Assembly: GCA_029249345.1 (NCBI GenBank)
Contig: JAQWHM010000015.1
Location: 73,036-137,035, forward strand
Direction: 5' to 3'
Origin: Rhodothermales bacterium
GTDB taxonomy: Bacteria > Bacteroidota > Rhodothermia > Rhodothermales > UBA10348
DNA: 64,000 bases
Under the pieces are notes generated by a model that was given only the letters and a program-made list of their open reading frames with translations, was not told the DNA's origin and searched no databases. Numbering within the stretch: the stretch's first letter is position 1; each line of letters begins with the position of its first letter. Below, in pieces: positions 58,211 through 64,000 of the stretch. The translations under genes were made by a program, and so were the position numbers.

Positions 58211-60582
58211 TCTTTTGTCAGGAATTCGTCCAGATTCATAATGGAGTTAGCTACTAGCGTGAGATCGGACTTAGCCTCTAGGTTTACGAGTACGTCGAGT
58301 GTTTCGTCCGTTGGTTCGTGAGTGAGTGCTATTGAATATCCGTATCGGATTTTGTCCCGCGTGGACCCGTCAAAAGTCTCCATTCGATCAGCCAGTCCTT
58401 GGGCTGCTTCCCAAAAGGCAGGGTCATTCAGCGTCACAAGTGCTTGTAAGGGCGTATTGGTTCGGATACGTCTAGAGACACACAATTCACGAGTTGGGAC
58501 ATCGAAAGTGGCCATAGACGGGTAGGGTCCCGTCCGACGCCAGTAGGTATACACGGCTCGTCGATATCGGTCTTCTCCCTCAGCAGTTTTCCAGAACAGC
58601 CCGTTGTACGGATTCTTCCAGATCCCATCTGGCTGCGGGGGCATGACGGAAGGACCAAACTGTTTGTCCGAAAGAAGGCCACTCACGGCCAAAGCCTGAT
58701 CCCGAATTTGTTCAGCGCTGAGGCGAAACCGAGGACCACGAGATAATGTCTTATTGCGAGGATCTAACTCGAGTTTTTCTGCGGTGACGTCGGAGGCTTG
58801 TCGGTAGGTGGCAGAAAGCACCATTTCTTTTAATAGCCCTTTGACACTCCACGCAAGATCGTCCTGAAAATGAACGGCTAGCCAATCTAGGAGCTCTGGG
58901 TGCGAAGGAGGAATACCGACAGTGCCGAAATCATCGGACGACTCGACAATTCCGAGGCCAAACAACTGCTCCCAGAGTCTGTTAACCATAACCCGAGAGG
59001 TGAGCGGATTGTCTGCGGACATGATCCACTGTGCGAAGCCCATTCTGTTGGCCGGACCATTGAGCTTGGGTAGGGCAAGGGGAACGCCCGGTTCAACGAC
59101 GTCCGTCTGGATGAGAAAATTACCTCTTTCCATAATCCGTGTAGCCCGCCGTTCGTCTTCAGGCAATTCCCTCATAACGGGCGTGATGGTTGGAGCCAGA
59201 TCGTGCAGCTTTTTGGTAAGCTCACTTCTCGTTTTTCTGAGATCCTCAGTAGAAGGATCTACATCTGCAAAACGATCTCTCAAAAAAGCCCGTTGATGTG
59301 GAGTGCGGAGTGAATCAGCAATAGCTGCAATGCGCCGAACTTCGTTTTGAGCGGTGGTGGACAGTTTTCCCGATACCGTTGGATCGTCGAGAGATTGCTC
59401 CCAAACGAGGCGCTGCTGCCGAATTTCTGGCGTTGAAACCGTAGCTACGATCTGCTCGCCAACGGATGATAGGTCGGCCTGCAACTGGCTAGCTTCTGTG
59501 CGGTGCGCCGACTCAAATTCTCTTAGTAAAGGTTCTTCGTTTGGCTGGTCCCAATCCGCCGTGTTATTGAACAGGGCAAACGAGGCATAAAAGTCCTCCT
59601 GAACAAACGGATCGTACGGGTGGCCGTGGCATTGGACGCATGCCATGGTGGTTCCTTGAAAGACTTCCCATGTGGTGTTTACTCTATCCACGACGGCTGC
59701 AATACGATGCTCCTCATCGTCTGTACCGCCCTCTTCGTTGGTCATCGCATTTCGATTGAAGGCTGTCGCAATTAGCTGATTTGTCGTGGGATCAGGAAAA
59801 AGATCTCCAGCCAATTGCTCGATCGTGAATTGATCGTATGGCATATCGCTATTAAAGGCGTTGATTAGCCAATCTCGGTATCTCCAAATAGAACGGGCAC
59901 GGTCGGCTTCATATCCTTTGGTGTCTGCGTATCGGGCTAGATCCAACCAGAGGGCTGCCCAGCGTTCTCCGAACTGAGGAGAACTGAGGAGCTCATCAAC
60001 CAACCGCTCATAATCGTCGGTTGCACACAGCGATTCTACTTGGTCGAGTGAAGGAGGCAAACCAGTAAGGTCGAGACTTACTCTTCTCGCAAGAACCGTG
60101 CAGGATGCTTCCTCCGCAGGGGAAAGACCCATTTTGTCCAGTTTTTGGACCACAAAAGCATCAATTGGTGAGCGAATCCAATCGTTATTTATGTCAGGAT
60201 CAGTTTTTACGGGGCGTTCATAGGCCCAATGGCGGTCCCAATTGGCTCCCTGCTCAATCCAGTTTCGAAGGAGTTCTATCTCATCTTCAGACAGCGGCTC
60301 ATCATCCTTTGGCATGCGATCGGCAGGATTTGGGTGCGTCACTTTCATGATCATTGCACTTCCTGAGGCATTCCCTGGGATAATTGCGGGATCACCAGAG
60401 TCGCCGCCGAGCAGAGCTAAATCCCGAAATTGCAGATTCAGACCTGAATTTGTTTTGACTCCTCCGTGGCATGCCACGCAGCGATCATTGAGAACGGGCC
60501 GAATTTCAGTATTGAAATCGACCTTTTCACCGGCACAGCCAGATATCAGACTGGCAAACAGTATCCAAACGTATTTCCGCAT
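58207..60582 (-). CDS. PSCyt + DUF1549 + DUF1553 (PSD1-type) lipoprotein
   Basis: 791 aa. Lipobox LISGCAG. N-terminal CVACHG haem-like motif, DUF1549-like SPIDAFVVQKLDKMGLSPA, internal CVQCHGHPYDPF, DUF1553-like C-terminal half. ATGA overlap with the DUF1501 gene. Confidence 0.88.
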   Translation of the reverse strand: MRKYVWILFASLISGCAGEKVDFNTEIRPVLNDRCVACHGGVKTNSGLNLQFRDLALLGGDSGDPAIIPGNASGSAMIMKVTHPNPADRMPKDDEPLSEDEIELLRNWIEQGANWDRHWAYERPVKTDPDINNDWIRSPIDAFVVQKLDKMGLSPAEEASCTVLARRVSLDLTGLPPSLDQVESLCATDDYERLVDELLSSPQFGERWAALWLDLARYADTKGYEADRARSIWRYRDWLINAFNSDMPYDQFTIEQLAGDLFPDPTTNQLIATAFNRNAMTNEEGGTDDEEHRIAAVVDRVNTTWEVFQGTTMACVQCHGHPYDPFVQEDFYASFALFNNTADWDQPNEEPLLREFESAHRTEASQLQADLSSVGEQIVATVSTPEIRQQRLVWEQSLDDPTVSGKLSTTAQNEVRRIAAIADSLRTPHQRAFLRDRFADVDPSTEDLRKTRSELTKKLHDLAPTITPVMRELPEDERRATRIMERGNFLIQTDVVEPGVPLALPKLNGPANRMGFAQWIMSADNPLTSRVMVNRLWEQLFGLGIVESSDDFGTVGIPPSHPELLDWLAVHFQDDLAWSVKGLLKEMVLSATYRQASDVTAEKLELDPRNKTLSRGPRFRLSAEQIRDQALAVSGLLSDKQFGPSVMPPQPDGIWKNPYNGLFWKTAEGEDRYRRAVYTYWRRTGPYPSMATFDVPTRELCVSRRIRTNTPLQALVTLNDPAFWEAAQGLADRMETFDGSTRDKIRYGYSIALTHEPTDETLDVLVNLEAKSDLTLVANSIMNLDEFLTKE

Positions 60583-60695
60583 GCCAAAGGATCGGAATCA
60601 GACCACATCATAGTCAAGGAGTCATTCAAGGAAACAAGGTGATCTGGCAATTGAAAATCCATATACTAAAACAGATATCATTAACCCTGGACGTT

Positions 60696-61757
60696 ATGAA
60701 CCGCCGTCAATTCGCTAGAACATCAGCCATTGTCTCCGCAGGAGCCACGCTTATGCCACGAGCACTTCACATCATTTCAAAACGAAGTATCTCGGATTTG
60801 GTCATCGGCCACGGCGACTTCCGGTACCGGGTGGATCAGGAGTGGGGAAATCTGGACCCCATGGCTCACCCCGTCAAAAACTGCCATGAAATGGTACAGG
60901 ATCGGTCTGGTCGACTCATTATGATCACGGATGAAGTGAAGAACAACATTCTAATTTATGATCGGAGTGGGAAGTTAGTTAGCAGCTGGGGTACTACGTT
61001 TCCGTATGGACACGGACTGACGCTCTCGGACGAAGGGGATGCTGAATATTTGTGGATCTGTGACAATGGTTTTGACGGAAATGCACAGGTCGTCAAGACC
61101 ACGTTGGATGGCAAGGAGGTCATGCGCCTAGCCAATCCCAAGACGTTTGGTGAGTATGGCGAAGAGGATAATTTTTATCCGACCGAAACGGCTGTTGCAG
61201 CCAACGGCGATATATATGTGGCTGATGGGTACGGGTCACAGTGGATTCTTCAGTATGCATCGGATGGGACGTTTATTCGGAAATTTGGTGGAAGAGGAGA
61301 TGGGGACAGCCAGTTTTCAACGGCTCATGGTGTCTGTATTGACTCTCGCGGGAAAGGAGATCCAACATTGATGATTACCTCTCGGGGGCACAATGCTTTT
61401 AAACGGTATTCGATGGATGGAGCGTACCTGGAGACCCTGTTTTTACCGGGAGCATTCGTTTGTCGGGCCGTGATTGATGACGATATCCTGTATTCAGGGG
61501 TTTGTTGGTCACGTTTGAAGTACCTGAACCAGACACCTAACTCTGGATTTGTAACCATTTTGGATGCTTCAGGGACCGTGGTATCGAATCCGGGTGGAAC
61601 TCAACCCGAGTACAGAGATGGGGAGCTACAGCTCATGCTTCAGCAGGAAGACCTGTTTCATCATTGCCACGACGTTTGCGTCGATTCAGACAAAAACCTC
61701 TACGTATGTCAGTGGAATGCTGAACAATCCTACCCTATCAAACTGGAGCGGATATAG
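60696..61757 (+). CDS. Tat-exported NHL-repeat / six-bladed beta-propeller protein (peptidyl-alpha-hydroxyglycine-lyase-like fold)
   Basis: ATG at 60696 gives MNRRQFARTSAIVSAGATL, a twin-arginine signal. NHL-like repeats (NGDIYVADGYGSQWILQY, FSTAHGVCID, KNLYVCQWN). Confidence 0.8.
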   Translation: MNRRQFARTSAIVSAGATLMPRALHIISKRSISDLVIGHGDFRYRVDQEWGNLDPMAHPVKNCHEMVQDRSGRLIMITDEVKNNILIYDRSGKLVSSWGTTFPYGHGLTLSDEGDAEYLWICDNGFDGNAQVVKTTLDGKEVMRLANPKTFGEYGEEDNFYPTETAVAANGDIYVADGYGSQWILQYASDGTFIRKFGGRGDGDSQFSTAHGVCIDSRGKGDPTLMITSRGHNAFKRYSMDGAYLETLFLPGAFVCRAVIDDDILYSGVCWSRLKYLNQTPNSGFVTILDASGTVVSNPGGTQPEYRDGELQLMLQQEDLFHHCHDVCVDSDKNLYVCQWNAEQSYPIKLERI

Positions 61758-61760
61758 CCC

Positions 61761-62477
61761 ATGGGGATCTTGGAAAAGAAGAACAGGCGGATCCTAGGAC
61801 TGATTGTTCTCGCGGTCGTCATTGTCTATCGCATGTTCAGAGACCCCGTAAGTCCTACCGTATCTAAGAGTACTGAACAGGGGGAAATAATGGGTTCGAT
61901 GGCTGACTATGCCCTAACAGTCGCCGGTATGTTTGTACTGGGCCATGAGGTCCAAAGCTTTCAGGAATGTGGGGACGCTGCTTCAGAGTCTCTTTGGATT
62001 AATGACCTCACGGATTCGGTTGAAGGTCTATATGCTGAGACAGAAAATCCTGCCGAACCGTATGATGCTGTTTTTGGATCAGTAAGTATGCGGCGAGAAG
62101 AAGCTCCAGAAGATGGGTTTGGAGCTGATTATGCTGGAACAGCAGTGATCACTCGTATTAATTACTGGCCGTTGGAAGGGTTCAACTGTGCCTATGATTG
62201 GGATGCTTTTGATTTTCAAGCGTTTGGAAATGAGCCTTTCTGGAGGGCACGCTTAGCCGAAGGCAAGGTAGTGCTAACTACACCGGAGGGAGAGCAAACG
62301 TTTGAAGTTGATGCGCACCGATGGCCACTCTCGAACACGGACAAAACCTTTGTTTTATCGGCATCTGACGAAGAGTGCCGCGATACCATGACGGGTACCT
62401 TTTATGGCGAATCGGTTGAGCTTTTTGTCGGGGAATCTCGGTGGAAGGGCTGTGGACACTGGGGCCTGGGTAAATAA
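61761..62477 (+). CDS. Hypothetical membrane-anchored protein (C-terminal GNEPFW motif domain)
   Basis: 238 aa. It starts 3 nt after the NHL gene stop. N-terminal TM ILGLIVLAVVIVY. Motif FQAFGNEPFWRARL. Confidence 0.65.
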   Translation: MGILEKKNRRILGLIVLAVVIVYRMFRDPVSPTVSKSTEQGEIMGSMADYALTVAGMFVLGHEVQSFQECGDAASESLWINDLTDSVEGLYAETENPAEPYDAVFGSVSMRREEAPEDGFGADYAGTAVITRINYWPLEGFNCAYDWDAFDFQAFGNEPFWRARLAEGKVVLTTPEGEQTFEVDAHRWPLSNTDKTFVLSASDEECRDTMTGTFYGESVELFVGESRWKGCGHWGLGK

Positions 62478-62480
62478 AAA

Positions 62481-62506
62481 GCGGGTCCGGCTTTCGCCGG
62501 ACCCGC
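62481..62506. terminator. Perfect hairpin, bidirectional intrinsic terminator
   Basis: GCGGGTCCGGC, loop tttc, GCCGGACCCGC, with AAAAA upstream and a T-containing downstream flank. It sits between convergent genes. Confidence 0.8.
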
Positions 62507-62576
62507 TCCTTTGCTCACTTAGATACTCAGTGTTGAATAAGCTAAGTGGCGCTATCCTCTACCCAGGATATTAAGT

Positions 62577-63050
62577 TTAGTTATTTGTGATCGTGTAGGT
62601 GACGGTGCGGACATAGTTGTCAGGCTCGGCTTCGACTGTAGCGACAGCTTCGTAGTTCAAGCCCAGTCCGTTTTCATTTACGTCATCGATCTTATGTACG
62701 AGATCCACTGATTTTTCTGAGAGACTTTTTTTGCCCTTTGACTGTGCGTCTTTTGGAGCGCCCATCGTTGCATACAGCGTAAGACCTTTACTCATGTCTT
62801 TATCTAGCTTGGCGGAGATTTTCTTGTCGTCGCCGTTTGCGGTAACCGCATAGGTCGCAGAAGCAGTTGCAGCGTCAGGAGCTTGACCGGCCGTCGCAGC
62901 GGCAATCGTCATGTTGATCGTTCCCTGAACAGAGATGACGGCGATTTCAGCCACATTAATGGTGACTTGCTGTGTGGCTTTGTTGCTCTGGGCCATAGCG
63001 GTTGTGGAGAAAGCGAGGGCGAGTAGGGTAAGGGCAAGGAGATTTTTCAT
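62577..63050 (-). CDS. Small secreted protein, function unknown (beta-sandwich/pilin-like impression only)
   Basis: 157 aa. Signal peptide MKNLLALTLLALAFSTTAMAQ. Ala/Thr-rich beta-like pattern. No family recognised. Confidence 0.65.
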   Translation of the reverse strand: MKNLLALTLLALAFSTTAMAQSNKATQQVTINVAEIAVISVQGTINMTIAAATAGQAPDAATASATYAVTANGDDKKISAKLDKDMSKGLTLYATMGAPKDAQSKGKKSLSEKSVDLVHKIDDVNENGLGLNYEAVATVEAEPDNYVRTVTYTITNN

Positions 63051-63366
63051 AGCGTGACCTGTTGGGTAAAGTGTTAACGAGTGGCTCTCGTCGAAAGCAT
63101 CTGTGAGTTACGGTTGTGCCAGAGAACTACAATCCGCATGCCGGAAGACACGGAAAGGACAAAATCGGTCCAAACAGGCGAACAACGATGATCACTCCTC
63201 CTTCTCCCCGCGCTCGAGTGTTTCGTCAGCAAAACAATAGTGGTTTGCTAACATCACAAATTGTAGGGTCTCGCCGATAAATGGGGAATAAATTGGGATG
63301 ATGGGCATATACTTCTTCTCTCGTATACTTTGCTCCACTTACATCCATTCAGTTTATCCTGAAAAG

Positions 63367-64000
63367 ATGACGACAAACTCCACATCAAAAATGAAAAAGG
63401 AACTGGGCCTATTTGATGTTTGGGCCTTGGCCGCCGGTGCAACGTTGAGCGGTGGTTTCTTTCTGCTGCCAGGAATTGCAGCTGCAAGTGCAGGTCATTC
63501 CGTGCCTCTCGCCTATCTGATCGCTGCTTTGTTCTTGCTGCCCGGGCTATTGGCAAAAGCAGAATTAGCTACGGCAATGCCTCGTTCGGGAGGAGTCTAC
63601 TTTTTCCTAGATCGATCGATGGGGCCTTTGTGGGGGACTATGACCGGTTTTGGTACGTGGATATCACTCGTTTTAAAAACGGCTTTCGCACTCGTGGGAG
63701 TGGGGGCATACATAGGCATCTTTTTTCCTGATTTGCCTATTGAGCCCGTTGCAGCTGGGCTCGCGCTGGTATTTGGCGTCCTGAATATGTTTGGGGCCAA
63801 AAAAACGGGTACGGCTCAAGCACTTGTAGTAATTGGTCTAATGCTCCTGATCGCTTGGTTTACTGGGTTTGGCTTGTTTAAGGTAGAGCTTGGTTCGTTG
63901 AGTGATATGCTCGCGACTGAATCAGGAAGCCTGTTTTCAACAGCCGGTCTACTCATCGTTTCCTATATGGGTTTGACTAAAGTGGCGAGTGTGGCCGGCG
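63367..64000 (+). CDS. APC-superfamily amino-acid permease, 3'-truncated by window edge
   Basis: Absent from the track because it has no stop. Hand translation from ATG 63367 gives MTTNSTSKMKKELGLFDVWALAAGATLSGGFFLLPGIAAASAGHSVPLAYLIAALFLLPGLLAKAELATAMPRSGGVYFFLDRSMGPLWGT... The frame is open to 64000. Confidence 0.85.
   Translation, partial: MTTNSTSKMKKELGLFDVWALAAGATLSGGFFLLPGIAAASAGHSVPLAYLIAALFLLPGLLAKAELATAMPRSGGVYFFLDRSMGPLWGTMTGFGTWISLVLKTAFALVGVGAYIGIFFPDLPIEPVAAGLALVFGVLNMFGAKKTGTAQALVVIGLMLLIAWFTGFGLFKVELGSLSDMLATESGSLFSTAGLLIVSYMGLTKVASVAG

Noticed and set aside
63254-63556. 100-aa minus-strand ORF and 103-aa plus-strand ORF (63420-63731) near the right edge
   Set aside because: Both overlap the much better supported, edge-truncated APC permease frame starting at 63367. 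Their translations are Arg-rich and not protein-like.

Overview
Chromosomal-looking 64-kb window with about 46 tightly packed protein genes on both strands. I found no rRNA, tRNA, CRISPR array, transposase, integrase or prophage genes by eye. All family calls are motif recognition from the translated ORFs; no database search was possible.

Lineage (inference only): the content suggests an FCB-group bacterium (Bacteroidota / Balneolota / Rhodothermota-like). Supporting signs are a three-subunit b558-type sdhCAB beside a short citrate synthase, CarboxypepD_reg-type TonB-dependent receptors, planctomycete-type PSD1/DUF1501 genes, many lipoproteins, and no Shine-Dalgarno motifs before well-supported starts.

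Content from left to right:
- Two divergent TonB-dependent receptors with an edge-truncated lipoprotein, then an FG-GAP + choice-of-anchor-B fusion protein and a TspO-like protein.
- gltA-sdhCAB.
- An Rne/Rng ribonuclease with a very unusual repeat-built C-terminal tail of about 480 aa.
- A beta-barrel protein, a small protein coupled to an MBL hydrolase, and an S9 peptidase.
- A dihaem cytochrome c convergent with an SDR / PqqB-like MBL / CusF-like operon, then RidA and apt.
- An AmiC-type amidase, an ECF sigma / anti-sigma / coiled-coil module, and an MltD-like LysM transglycosylase.
- An acyl-CoA carboxylase beta subunit, a Gfo/Idh/MocA oxidoreductase, and two large sortilin/VPS10-like Asp-box paralogs.
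- A Ser/Thr kinase with a TolB-like sensor, translationally coupled to a secreted amidase.
- DUF1080 and three tandem FKBP domains.
- A PSD1(DUF1549/DUF1553)-DUF1501-PSCyt/LRR operon divergent from a Tat-secreted NHL propeller.
- An edge-truncated APC permease.

Most interesting:
1. The RNase E/G tail, built from nested in-frame tandem repeats (RS-like RRDDS/RRSDS modules followed by KAKAPA repeats).
2. The uncharacterised PSD1/DUF1501/PSCyt-LRR periplasmic gene set.
3. The kinase-amidase coupled pair.
4. Several terminator-bounded non-coding stretches that could be sRNAs or leaders.

No canonical defence or mobile system is visible.
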